This document shows, piece by piece, positions 40,947 to 53,030 of a stretch of 64,000 nucleotides of DNA (positions are counted from its first letter, which is position 1; each line of letters begins with the position of its first letter). The notes under the pieces were generated by a model. It was not told the DNA's origin. It made no database searches and worked only from the letters and a program-made list of their open reading frames with translations. Origin of the DNA: Felis catus (Eukaryota). The DNA lies in NCBI RefSeq assembly GCF_018350175.1, contig NC_058373.1, positions 103,356,001 to 103,420,000 of the forward strand. The letters are read 5' to 3'. The position numbers were made by a program, and so were the translations under genes.

Positions 40947-41338
40947 AGAAATTGTGGTTTATATACACAATGGAATATTACGTGGCAATGAGAAAAAATG
41001 AAATATGGCCTTTTGTAGCAACGTGGATGGAACTGGAGAGTGTGATGCTAAGTGAAATAAGCCATACAGAGAAAGACAGATACCATATGGTTTCACTCTT
41101 ATGTGGACCCTGAGAAATTAACAGGAACCCATGGGGGAGGGGAAGGAAAAAAAAAAAACAGGTTAGAGTGGGAGAGAGCCAAGGCATAAGAGACTCTTAA
41201 AAACTGAGAACAAACTGAGGGTTGATGGGGGGTGGGAGGGAGGAGAGGGTGGGTGATGGGTATTGAGGAGGGCACCTTTTGGGATGAGCACTGGGTGTTG
41301 TATGGAAACTAATTTGTCAATAAATTTCATATAAAAAA

Positions 41339-41385
41339 AAAGTTTATTTATTTTGAGAGTGAGCAAGTGAGCATGGGTGGGGGAG

Positions 41386-41430
<45 letters not shown>

Positions 41431-41556
41431 CCCAACCAGACTCCTCGCTGTCAGTGCAGAGCTGGACACAGGGCTCAGTCTCCTGGTTTGTGAGATAAGG
41501 ACCTGAGCTAAAAATCAAAAGTTGGATGCTTAACCAACTGAACCACCCAGGAGCGC
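41339..41556 (-). mobile_element. Can-SINE (its poly(T) tail lies at 36845-36873, displaced by the young L1), with (GA)n run
   Basis: Reverse-complement SINE body ending ...aaccacccaggagcgc. (GA)n at ~41391-41428. Confidence 0.92.
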
Positions 41557-41908
41557 TTGAAAGATTTTTATACTGAAAATTAAAAACATTCATGAAAGAA
41601 ATTAAACAAAACACAAATGGAAAGACAACTTATGTTCATGGATTAGAAGACTAATCAAAGCAATCTACAGATTCAACACAATCCCTATCAAAATTCCAAA
41701 AACATTTTTTTTTACAGAAATAGAAAAGGCAAAAAAAAAAGAAAAAAAAATAAAAGGCAATTCTACAGTTCATAAGGAACCACAGATGACTATGAATAGC
41801 CAATTCTAAGAAGAAAACTGGAAGCAGAACACTTTAAGATTTCAAACTATATTACAGAGTTTTAATAATTAAAACAGTATGGTACTTGCATAAAAAGACA
41901 TATAAACC

Positions 41909-42126
41909 GGGGCGCCTGGGTGGCTCAGTCGGTTAAGTGGCCGACTTCGGCTCAGGTCATGATCTCACGGTCCGTGAGTTCGAGCCCTGGGTTGGGCTCT
42001 GTGCTGACAGCTCAGAGCCTGGAGACTGTTTCAGATTCTGTGTCTCCCTCTCTCGGACCCTTCCCCGTTCATGCTCTGTCTCTGTCTCAAAAATAAATAA
42101 ACGTTAAAAAAAATCATTTAAAATAA
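41909..42126 (+). mobile_element. Young Can-SINE (SINEC_Fc-type)
   Basis: Exact 17-bp TSD AAAAAGACATATAAACC at 41892-41908 and 42127-42143. Confidence 0.96.
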
Positions 42127-42734
42127 AAAAAGACATATAAACCAATGGAACATAAGAGAGCCCAGAAATAAATCCATATATACATGATCAAGGTATTTCA
42201 GCAAGGGTTTAAGAAAATGCAATAGGGAAAAGATAGTCTTTTCAACTACTTGGTGTTGGGAAAACTGGACCATTTTACATGTAAAAGAGTGAAGTTGGAC
42301 CTGTAACTTACTCTATACACACAAAAATCAACTCAAACTGGTTAAAGACTTAAATGAAAGACCTGAAACTGTAAAGATTTTCAGAAGCAACCATAGGGAA
42401 TAAACTTCATGATATTGGTTTTGATAATGATTTTATAGATAGGACCCCCAAAGCACAGGCAACAAATAGACAAGTGGAACTCAAATTGAAAAGCTTCTGC
42501 ACAGCAAAGGAAATGATGGAATGAAGAAGAAACCTATAGAATGAGAGAATATTTGCAAACCATATATTTGATCATACAACTCCATGAGAAAAAACTAATA
42601 ACCTAATTTTAAAATGGGTTGAAGACTTGAGGAGCTTGAACAGACATTTCTCCAAAGATGACATACACATGGCCAACAGGTATATGACAAAATGTTCATC
42701 ACTAATCAAAAAAATGCTAACCAAAACCACAATC

Positions 42735-42945
42735 AGGAGCACCTGAGTGGCTCAGTTGGTTAAGCATGCCACACTTCATTTTGGCTCAGGTGATGATCTC
42801 ATGGTTTATGGGATTGAGCCCACTTTGGGCTCTGTGCTGAAAGTGGGTGAAGCCTGCCTGGGATTCTCTCTCCCCTCTCGCTGCCCCTTATCCATGCACG
42901 TGCACTCTCACTCTCAAAATAAACATTAAAAAACCAAACAAAAAA
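42735..42945 (+). mobile_element. Can-SINE at the 5' junction of a nested L1 3' fragment
   Basis: GGAGCACCTGAGTGGCTCAG head. Flanked by CCACAATCA on both sides. Confidence 0.88.
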
Positions 42946-42954
42946 AATCCCCAC

Positions 42955-43779
42955 AATCATCAGGGAAATACAAATCAAAACCACAATGAGGTATCACTTC
43001 ACACTTGCCAGAATGGCTAAAATCAACAACACAAGAAACAACAGGTGTTGGCAAGGATGTGGAGAAAGAGGAACCCTCTTCCACTGTTGGTGGGAATGCA
43101 AACTGGTTCAGCTACTGTGGAAAACAGTATGGAGGTTCCTCAAAAAGTTAAAAATAGAACTATCCTATGACCCAGTAATTCCACTACTAGGTATTTACCC
43201 TCAAAATACAAAAATACGAATTCAAAGGGGGATACAAAGGGATTCATTCAAAGGGATACAAAGGGATTCATTCAAAGGGATACATTCACCCTGATGTCTA
43301 TAGCAGCATTATCTATAACAGCCAAATTATGGAAATAGGAACAGCCCAAGTGTCCGCTGACTGATAAATGTATAAAGAAGATGTGGTATATATGTGATGG
43401 AATATTACTCAGCCATAAAAAAGAATGAAATCTTGCTGTTTGCAATGACATGGATGGAGCTAGAGAGTATTGTGCTAAGTGAAATTAGTCAGAGAAAGAC
43501 AAATCCCATATGACTTCGCTCATGTGGAATTTAACAAACAAAACAAACAAAGGGGGAAAAGAGAGAGGGAGGCAAACCAAGAAACAGATTCTTAACTATA
43601 GAGAACAAACAGATGGTTGCCAGAAGGGAGGTGGGTGGGGAGGTGGGTGAAACAGGTGATGGGGATTAAGGAGTGCACTTGTTGTGATGACCACCAGCTG
43701 TTGTATGGAAGCGCTGAATCACCATATTGTACACCTGAAACTAATATTATACCGCATGTTAACTAGAATTTGCAAACTT
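42955..43779 (+). mobile_element. 5'-truncated carnivore L1 3' end
   Basis: [15 protein letters not shown]...[19 protein letters not shown] peptide and a carnivore 3' UTR. The host L1 resumes at ~43780 (aaaacacagtgagctatca). Confidence 0.87.
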
Positions 43780-44408
43780 AAAAACACAGTGAGCTATCAT
43801 GTCACACCTGTCAGAATGACTATTATCAAAACAAAACAAAAACAAAAAAAACAGAGGTGTCAGCAAGGATGTAGAGAAATGAGAACCTTTGCACACTGTT
43901 GGTGGGAATGCAAAATGGCACAGATGGAAAACAAAGTTCCTCAAAAAATTAAAAATAGAACTACTATGTGACCCAGCAATCCCTCTTCTAGGTTTACATC
44001 CCAAAGAAGTGAAATCGGAATCTTGAATGGATGTTAGCACTCCCATTTATTGCAGCACTATTCTCAACAGCTAAGATGTGGAAACAACCCAAATGTCCCC
44101 TGACAGATGAATAGATAATGTGGCATATGTATACAAAATAATATGTAGCCTTAAAACAGAAGGAAATGCTGTAATATGTGACAACATGGACGGACCTTGA
44201 GGACATTATGCTGTGAAATAAGCTTGATCCGGAAAGACAAACACTACGTGATTCCACTTATATGAAGTATCAAAACTAGTCAAATTTATAAAATCAAAGA
44301 TTGGAAAGGTGGTTACTAAGGGATAAGGAGGGAGGCAGATATGGGGGGGTTATTAACCAACAGGCATGATATTTTTGTTAAATATGATGAATAGATGAAT
44401 AAGCTCTA

Positions 44409-45704
44409 CCGCCTTTTAACACCACACACAAAAAGAGACTCTAAACAGATTAAAGACCTGACATCATAAAAATCTTAGAACACAGGCAATAATTGCTCTG
44501 ACATCAGCCATTAAGACATTTTTCTTCTACATAAGTCTCCTAAGGCAAAGGAAACAAGCAAAAAGCAAACTATCGGCACTACAAAGCTTTTGCACAGCAA
44601 ACGAAACCATCAACAAAACAAAAAGACAACCTACAGAACAGGAGAAGATATTTGCAAATGATATATCTGATAAGGGGTCAATATCTAAAATATATAAGGA
44701 ACTACACAACACCACCAAAATAAAAAACAAAAACAAAAACCATCCAATGAAAAAATGGGCAGAGGAAGTGAGCATTTTTCCAAATAAGACCTACAGATGG
44801 CCAACAGACACTTCATGATGTTCAACATCACTCATCATCAGGGAAATGCAAATCAAAACCACAAGGAGATATCACCTCACATCTATTAGAATGGGGAAAA
44901 AAAAAGAAATAACCAGTGTTGGCAAGGATGTGGGGGGTGGGGGGGAAGGTACCCTTTTGCATTGTTGGTGAGAATATAAGTTGGTATAACCACTGTGGAA
45001 AGCAATATGGAGGTTCCTCAAAAAATTGAATACAATATCATATGATCCAATTCCACTATTAGATATTAACCCAAAGGAAAAAAAAACACTGATTCAAAAA
45101 TTTATATGCACGCTTATGTTTGTTTACTGCAGCATTTTCATGATAGCCAACCCAAATGTCCATCAATATATGAATGGATAAGATGTGGTACACATACATG
45201 CATACACATACACACAGGGGTCGGGGGGGGGGGGGTGGGTAGATAATATGTAGCCATTTAAAAGGTGAGGTGAGATTATGCCATTTGAGGCACCATGGAA
45301 GGACCTAGAGGGTATTATGCTAAGTGAAATAAGTCAGACTGAGAAAGACAAATACCATGTGATTTCACCCCTAAGTGGAATCTAAACAAAATCAACAAAA
45401 GGTTAGAATCAGACCTATAAATACAGAGAACAAACTGATGGTTGCCAGCGGGCAAAGGGATAGAGATTTGGGCAAAATGGGTAAAGAGAGTGGGAGTTTC
45501 AGGCTTCCATGTACGGAATGAATAAATCATGGGAACAAAAGGCACAGCATAGGGAATACAGTCCATGATACTGTGATAGCGATATGTGGGGACAGATGGT
45601 AGCTACACTTGCTGTGAGCATAGCCTGATGCATAAACTTGTTGAATCACTGTGTTGTACACCTGACACTAACGTAACATTGTGGGTCAACCAGACTCAAG
45701 TAAA
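44409..45704 (+). mobile_element. 5'-truncated older carnivore L1 nested in the host L1 3' UTR
   Basis: ORF2 C-terminal remnant and a distinct 3' UTR. TSD AAGCTCTA at 44401-44408 and 45705-45712. Confidence 0.85.
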
Positions 45705-45832
45705 AAGCTCTAGAGGGCTGTACAACATTTTAAGTATGGTCAACAATAATATATACTTAAATTCGTTAAGAGGACAGATCTCACATAAAGTGTTCTCATT
45801 ACAATCAAAACTTTAAAAAAAAAATTGGACTA

Positions 45833-46041
45833 GCCTGGGTGGCTCAGTCGGTTAAGCGGCTGACTTCGGCTCAGGTCATGATCTCGCGGTCCGTGAGTTC
45901 GAGCCTCGCGTCAAGCGCTGTGCTGACAGCTGGGAGCCTGGAGCCTGTTTCGGATTCTGTGTCTCCCTCTTTCTCTGACCCTCCCCTGTTCATGGTCTGT
46001 CTCTCCCTGTCTCAAAAATAAATAAAACGTTAAAAAAAATT
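45833..46041 (+). mobile_element. Young Can-SINE lacking the first ~5 nt
   Basis: Starts GCCTGGGTGGCTCAG. TSD AAAAATTGGACTA at 45820-45832 and 46042-46054. Confidence 0.95.
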
Positions 46042-47055
46042 AAAAATTGGACTAAACCAATGGCTTTCAAAGTGTAGATAGTATAGAACACTTTCAAAAA
46101 ATCAGATGACTTCTCATTCAGATTCCTAATACGTAAGTGGGTAAAAGCAATATTTTAGTGGCATAAGTTTAAAAAGCTTAAATGGGTAAAATTACTCAAA
46201 TGAGAAAAAATGATAAAATCTAGGATTATGGAAAACAGTTATAGTCCTATCAGCCTTATCAATCTTTCTGCTTCATTGGGGAAAAAAAAAAAAACCTGAT
46301 TCATAGCTCAACTTCCATCTTAATACTCTTTAATCCAAACCAGAAGCTTGAAAGAGAATAGAAAATGTTCTCCAAGTTAAATCACTAACAATATCTAACA
46401 ATGAGAGCCATTCTTATAAATGTGTCAGACAAAAATTGCCTAATAAATACAAAACCACTCGTAGCATTATGTCTTGCATAATATATAAGTGTAGGCAGGC
46501 ACCAAGCGATAGACCTGAGCTACATTCTTGTTGCAAACCTGAATTTAAAAGGAAACAGCAACGATTGTACTCATGGAGAATGAAAGTTGTTGGTATCCTG
46601 TGTACATTATACTCACAGCATCAGCTTGATTTCCCAGGAGCTTGCATTTCACCAATGGCCTCACATGCCACATCCTACAAGGCAATTTGCAATCCATTAG
46701 TTTAGAGCTTCTGATAACCCAAACAGAATCAGATTCTGTCCATCAAACCCTTTCTTTTCCTCCGAAAGTGACGCATGAAGACAGTGAAGGAAAGCTTTCA
46801 ACTTCAAAGAGACTGAACATGGTAGAAATATCATTTATGTTAAGTATGTTAATTGAAAACAAATATTTAACTATGTATATATTACTATATACTACATGCA
46901 CTGGTGAGATATATATAAATATAAATATATATATAATTCATTCTTTATAATAAAATTTTAACCAATACTTTAAGGTAGCTTAACTTGTATAACAGATAAG
47001 TATCACGTGTAAATACTCTGGAACACTTAACCTTTGCTAAAGAAAGGTGTTCCTC

Positions 47056-47275
47056 GGGGCGCCTGGGTGGCTCAGTCGGTTAAGTGTCCGACTTCAGCCA
47101 GGTCACGATCTCGCGGTCTGTGAGTTCGAGCCCCGCGTCAGGCTCTGGGCTGATGGCTCAGAGACTGGAGCCTGTTTCCGATTCTGTGTGTCCCACTCTC
47201 TCTGCCCCTACCCCGTTCATGCTCTGTCTCTCTCTGTCCCAAAAATAAATAAACGTTGAAAAAAAAATTTAAAAA
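47056..47275 (+). mobile_element. Young Can-SINE (SINEC_Fc-type)
   Basis: Exact 17-bp TSD AAAGAAAGGTGTTCCTC at 47039-47055 and 47276-47292. Confidence 0.96.
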
Positions 47276-49444
47276 AAAGAAAGGTGTTCCTCATCTAATA
47301 ACTCTTTCAGTGGAAGCTCTCTTATCTGACCTCTACTTCGCCTTCTTACAGAATTCATCACTGTTCTCCATTCCTTCCATGGAACATGCTAATGGATTCT
47401 AGCATCCTCATGCTCGTGGCTAGTGATTTGCTACCCTCTACTAACTTGGTCTTTCAAACCCTAGAAGACTGTCAAGACTGGTTTCTCTACCGTCTTCCGT
47501 GCCAAGACGAGACTCTCAGGCTCTGACTCTAGCTCCCCAATCTGCAAATGTCTCAGGGTAAAGGAACCTGGAAATCAATAGCTCACCTCTCTGTGATCCT
47601 ATAAATCTAAGTATAGACCTGACTAGTTGCGGGTGGGCATCAGCTGCCCTCTTATGCCTTTTAACAGAATTTTTAAATTGTATCTTATGTTTCATTTCAC
47701 TTTATGGCCTTTCTAGTTATTCTTGGTGGGAGCATTAGTCTGTTGCAGGATCCTGCATAGGGGCAAGAGTCCCAAGCCTGTATTTGAGGCCACCGAACAA
47801 GAGTGGGGTTCAACCACGCAGCTTTTGTTTATCTCATTTCTATTTTGGGCCCTAAAAAAATTCTCCTCTGCTCAAAAAGTTAACATTCCTCAAGCTTTGA
47901 CAACCAGGTGCCAAAATTGTTCTTTTTTCCCCCTCTCCTTTTACTTTCAAATGATCTTTCTTCACAAAAACACGAACTCATGGCGTTTAACGGTTCTACT
48001 TTAAATGTGCCATACAGCAGTGATTTGTTAATTCAACTTTATTTTAATGGGGCTTGAGACTCACTTGGAATTGACTAGAATTTATTCTGGGGGATGCATC
48101 CTCACCCCGCGTCTTCTGAAGACGGTGTTGTACATGGAAATGGAGAGACGGTCCGGGCTCTGCTGCTCAGGCAGGACAGACGCTCAGTTTTGCTCTGAGG
48201 TTTGCTAGTCAGTAACTCTAGGCACTTGTGCATAAAGAGCCGGTGGCCCCAACTAATCCCAAGGACCTGACTTTATGGAAAATAGCTTATTATCCTTAGT
48301 GAACTTTCTTTGCAATTGGCCGTTTCCCGAGGCCAGACAATGCCCAGGGAAGCAGGAGAACAGCCTTCTCCAAATCAGAGCCCACATAGAATTGAGGACT
48401 CATAAAGGTGTCTGGCGGGCTTGCTCCTTGGCTAAAAATCAATTTTATCTTCGACCTTGAGGAAACCAGAGTGTAGGTCAGTGCCCATTAAGAAAAGTGT
48501 GCAGAAATGCTTATAGAAATAGTACCACCTTATTTTCTCTCTGCATCCCTCTCTCCCAGCCCTCTGTCTCCCCTGTTACCTATGAACCATCTGAAAAGAA
48601 GATTCCCCCTGAGCTAACAAGTTCCTTTAAAGATAATTGTATTCTCTCTGTACATTGCCCCTCCATTTGAAAAGCAAACCTCTTGTCACCCCACTGCAGA
48701 GCATCTAGATGTTACATACAAACCGTGCCACTATTTTAATGTTCACGCTCTTGAAAAATACTTGGCATTCCTCAGGGAAAAAGATGTGTATACTTAATGT
48801 TGCTACTATTCTCATTCCAAAGTTAAGAGTTGCTCTTTCTCTTAGCAGTCCTCACCCCCCCCCCCAGAGCTCTTGGGGCTGCATGCCCTCCCCGTCAGCG
48901 CTACCGCTCATTTCAAAAGCAACAGCCAAAGCAGATGCGAGGGAGATGCTCCCCTGCTCATAAATTCTAGGAGTGAAAATAGCAACAGCTGTAGCAATTG
49001 CAGGATTTCAGCAGGTAATCAAGTAACTAAGTGCCAAAAGCGGATTGGACAATTCTACCGGGGCCTGGGACAGAGGGCAGCGAGAACTTGAACTTGGAGA
49101 GGACTCTTCCCTGCAATCGACGAAAATGTAAGCCCAGTGACTGCACCCTGCTACGCACAGATTTTCCTGCTTTCAATGCCAGTCCCTGAGCAGTAGGAAT
49201 AACCTTTCTCATAACATTTGGCTTTCTTGGACATATTTACCTCTATTGCATACGGCCAAGGTTCACCTGTGTATTTTCAGCACTGGTTTAGTAACATTTT
49301 TCAAGACCCTTACGTACTTATGAAAGGATGGGTATGCCTGTTTAGGCTGAGGCTTATGGGTAGAATTTCTTCTGAACTGTTCTTCTCCCAAATCTAAAGG
49401 GCAGCGATTCTCATAGCAAAGGTTTTAGAAGGTACAAGAGGGTC

Positions 49445-49882
49445 AGTAATGAACCTCCAGGCTAAGAAGGCACTTTAAGACCAAAACGACACGAGCCGCT
49501 CCACAGTGTTTACAGTTTCGTCCAGGGTAACTTACTGACAAGAAGAATCCAGCAGGCAAACAATCCAAAGACCGCACGACGACTCTCCACCCTGCCAGGG
49601 CCTTACCCCCAGCTTTTATAGAGGGAGGGGCACAGTGGTGAGGTCACAGCGTAGTTATTTAAAGTGGCACCATCTGTGCTCCAGAGGATCTCTACTAGTT
49701 ATCTACAGCGGGCCCTTCTGTGCGCCACTTTAGGGAAGATCAGAACAAGCCTTCTCTCATTGTGATCAGGGCTTACATTAACCTCTTAGGGCCTGGAACA
49801 CGTAGCTCCGAGGGAGGTCACTGCGCAGGCGTGAAGAAGATGGCGAGCCAACGATGGCGTCAGAGCCGTCAGCACCCCTACA
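49445..49882 (-). mobile_element. Probable solo LTR (ERV), CpG-rich
   Basis: The minus strand starts TGTAGGGG, has TATAAAAG at 49613-49620 and an AGTAAG poly(A)-like word at ~49531-49536. About 440 bp. Left boundary and TSD not clean. Confidence 0.65.
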
Positions 49883-50054
49883 AAGGGGGACCAGACTCTC
49901 CTGCTCATCTTTGGAAGTTAGAACAGCACTCAGGGTCCAGGGAGGCCTATGAGGCATGGAAAGGAGAAAGGATACTGTGCCTGTTCTCTTTTGTTATTAG
50001 ACGTAATTATGAAAGACTTTCCCATTGAGAGGAGAGAACCAGGCTCTAAGTACT

Positions 50055-50255
50055 GGCTTAGTGGCTAAGAGCACAGACTCTGATTCAAATATAGGCTCTG
50101 TGACCTTGGACAAGTGTTCAGTGTGCGGGTTTCCGCATCTGTATAATAATGCTAGTAATACCCACCTCCAATGATCTTATGAGAATGAAATGATTCACTA
50201 CATGCTAAGTGCCTAGAACAATACCTAGCACATGGTAAGCTCAGTAAATATTATC
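50055..50255 (+). mobile_element. MIR SINE
   Basis: agtggctaagagcacagactctg...tgtgaccttggacaagt...gtttccgcatctgta...agcacatggtaagctcagtaaat. Confidence 0.8.
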
Positions 50256-51516
50256 CCCTTATATGAATCATGTATCTCCTCAGTATTAAGCATGCGTCCA
50301 ACTGTTGGAACTTTAGAAAATAGCTCTATAGAGTAAAAATATACCTTTGATATATTTTTTTAAATGTTCTTCTATTAGTTAGAAGTCTGTTGGTTACCAG
50401 TTCAACTTTAAACTAGCCTACGGGGACAGAAAAATAAATTTATTGGCTCTCGTGCATGCCTAGGAAGTGGTCCATCTTGCTTGGACCCAAGGTCTCTGTC
50501 TCTGTCTCTCTCTCCATCTCTTGGCTGAGCTCACATGATGTCTTCCACCACGAGCGCCTTCCTTATACCTTCCTGACCTAGCATCTCCAGTAGAAACAAT
50601 CTCATTTGACACCCCAGCAGAAGAGACCCAGCAAGGACTGTGATTGGCTCAGCCTAGAACCGGTCACTTTAGGGTTAACCTAGCTTTCTGGGTTAGCAGG
50701 AACCTACATTGCACATTTTGTAAGACAAAGATTCATTGTAACTATAGAAATATTAAACTATGTCTCTGATTTTCTGTAGTCAATAAACTAATTTATTGAT
50801 TACCTTTCAATCTACAACTGTAAAACCTAAATTCTAAAAACTGGTTGTGAATTCCTAGAGAACTGTGTTGACAGAGATTTTGAGGTTGCATTCTTGCTCA
50901 GACAAAACAATACTGGCTAAGGGTATGGTTTGGGCAGTGATGGTACCTATGCCGGGTGATAACTGCCTGTTTTATGCCAGGTTAAGAACCTTACCCACAA
51001 ACTGAGGACATTACAGATGGAGAGACTTTCAATTGGAGCCATGTGTCAGAGCTGAGCTTCCAAGCAATTCTAGAGTTAATTCAAACAGCCAGTCAACACC
51101 AAGCATGGCAGGTTATGCACTTAAGTGAGCAGCTTTACAACACCACAAATGAGTGTTGACAGGCTGACTCATCTCTGTTAAGAAGGAAGAACATGCTGAT
51201 TTATCTCTTTCAAAGCCCTCTGGGTCAACCTCTTGTAAACCCTACCTTGAGGTGCTTTACCATGAAACAACAGATAAATAAGGACAAAAGGGTAACTTAA
51301 ACTTTTCTTTTTCATGTTGGCATTCTTAGAGTTCAATACTTCAAATGACATAGTACATACAGTGTTTCACCAGTTGCTAGATATAGTAAGTAGTCATCAA
51401 TGGTAGCTGTTTTCATGATTATTTCCACAACTTTTCTGTATACAAAGCGTATGTTTTATCACCAAATAAAAGGTGAGAGACTTGTATAGCCAAATTCTTA
51501 AAGATTTTCTTGGAAG

Positions 51517-52050
51517 ATGCCAGGCAAGATCTCCCTGTGTTAATCATGTTTTTTTATTTTTTATATTTTATGATGTTTGACATCTTGGGGACCACATGAA
51601 CATGGGGAGAGACTGCCCTTCCAGAGCTGGGGTAGCAAACAACTTGCCTGTGAGCACACCTTTCACACACCAACCAACTAATCCAAAATCCATATTCCCA
51701 TCCACCTCCTTTATCAAAACCTCACACACCAAGCCCATATTTCTCCTGCCCCAAATCACCCCAGGGCCAAGTACTAGGCAACTGGAGACCACTCTTATAG
51801 CCCAGAGCCCGCCTTTGCTCAAACTTGCCTACCCTGCCTCACCCAGTCCTTCCGCCAGGAACCACAATAGAGTCCCTGGGCCACACTTTTCTGGTCGCCC
51901 TTTCTGCTTCCTGCCTTGCCCGGTGCTTCCCCTGGTGGCCCTGCATGGAACTGCATGCCCCCTCCTCTTGGGCCTTGTAAGTAACAAACTCTTTCCAAGT
52001 CCATTGTCTCCATGTCTGTCCTCTCAGGAAACCTGATTAAAACAAATCCC
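51517..52050 (+). mobile_element. Solo LTR, MER39/MER21-group-like (ERV1)
   Basis: Recognisable words gactgcccttccagagct, aatcaccccagggccaagtac, cccagagcccgc, accctgcctcaccc..ccttcc..aaccacaataga. Boundaries approximate. Confidence 0.7.
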
Positions 52051-52529
52051 AGGTACATATGAAGACATTCCTATAACCATAAACAATAGGGTTGAGGAAT
52101 AATATGCAAAGAAAAAAAATACTCTCAAAATTGAAATGGAAGTAAAAATGTGGGAAGAGGAAGACCTTTGAATACAGTATGTTGAGATCATTTATTATTT
52201 GTTGTCTTTCTCTAGTTGTGTTTGGGAAAGGAGTTACCCAAATCCAAGCATACACTTGGAACTATGGAATTTATAAAGGAATAAATATCCACTTGCTTTA
52301 GGGTAGGGTACAGAGTTTAACAAAATTATGGACAGTATTAATATTAGCAGAAATAATCTCCAATATAATCTTTAGCAATGTAGCCATTAATTAAGTCTCA
52401 TCGAAACATGTTCAAGCTTGGACTAGTTTTTTTTTTTTGTTTTTTTTTTTGTTTGTTTTTTTGCATTTTCTTCTTTTATTTTCAAGAATCTTTTAAGTGA
52501 TTTCTCTTGGTTTCATTGCCAAGTTTTAT

Positions 52530-52742
52530 TATTTTATTTGATTTTTTAAGTTTATTTATTTATTTTGAGAGACACAGAGAGAACACCGGCAGGGAAGGAG
52601 CAGAGAGAGAGATTATTCCCAAGCAGGCTCTGCCTTGTCAGTGCAGGGCCCATGCAGGCCTCAGTCTCCCAAACCGTCCGATCATGACCTGAGCTGAAAT
52701 CAAGAGTTGGAGGCTTAACTGACTGAGCCACCCAGGTGCCCC
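52530..52742 (-). mobile_element. Can-SINE
   Basis: Ends ...gagccacccaggtgcccc. Degenerate TSD TTCATTGCCAAGTTTT/TTCACTGCCAAATTTT. Confidence 0.92.
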
Positions 52743-52828
52743 ATTCACTGCCAAATTTTAAAACACCAAGCCCTTGGGTTAGATATAACATGCCCATATA
52801 TAAAATTAATCATCAAAAGAAATGCTTA

Positions 52829-53030
52829 CGGGTGCCTGGGTGGCTGAGGCAGTTCAGCATCAGACTCTTGGTTTTGGCCCCGGTCATGATCTCACAGTTT
52901 TGTGAGTTTGAGCCCCATATATGGCTCTGCACTAGCAGCATGGAGCCTGCTTGGGATTCTCTCTCCCTCTCCCTCTGCCCCTCTCCTGTTCACACTATCT
53001 CAAAATAAATAAATGAACTTAACGTTAGGA
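52829..53030 (+). mobile_element. Can-SINE
   Basis: GGGTGCCTGGGTGGCT head. TSD AAAAGAAATGCTTA/AAAAGAAATGCCTA. Confidence 0.92.

Larger units (their letters stand above)
36874..41338 (+). mobile_element. Young felid L1, 5'-truncated within ORF1, inserted into the tail of an antisense SINE
   Basis: Exact TSD AAAGTTTATTTATTTTGAGAG at 36853-36873 and 41339-41359 (the last GAG is also microhomology with ORF1). Nearly intact ORF2, G-rich 3' UTR, AATAAA and A tail. Confidence 0.97.
29000..45815 (+). mobile_element. Old L1 (L1MA8/9-like 3' end) split into pieces (~29000-30517, 36725-36845, 41557-41908, 42127-42734, 43780-44408, 45705-45815) by nested insertions
   Basis: The ORF2 and 3' UTR pieces are collinear across each insertion, and each break carries a duplicated motif. 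The end reads aagctctagag..ctgtacaacatt..gttaagaggacagatctca. Confidence 0.8.

Noticed and set aside
43222..43284. CRISPR-like repeat array
   Set aside because: Direct tandem duplication without spacers, in eukaryotic L1 DNA.
51596..52036. 146-aa Pro/Ser-rich ORF
   Set aside because: Lies wholly within a MER39-like LTR and has no protein-family features.
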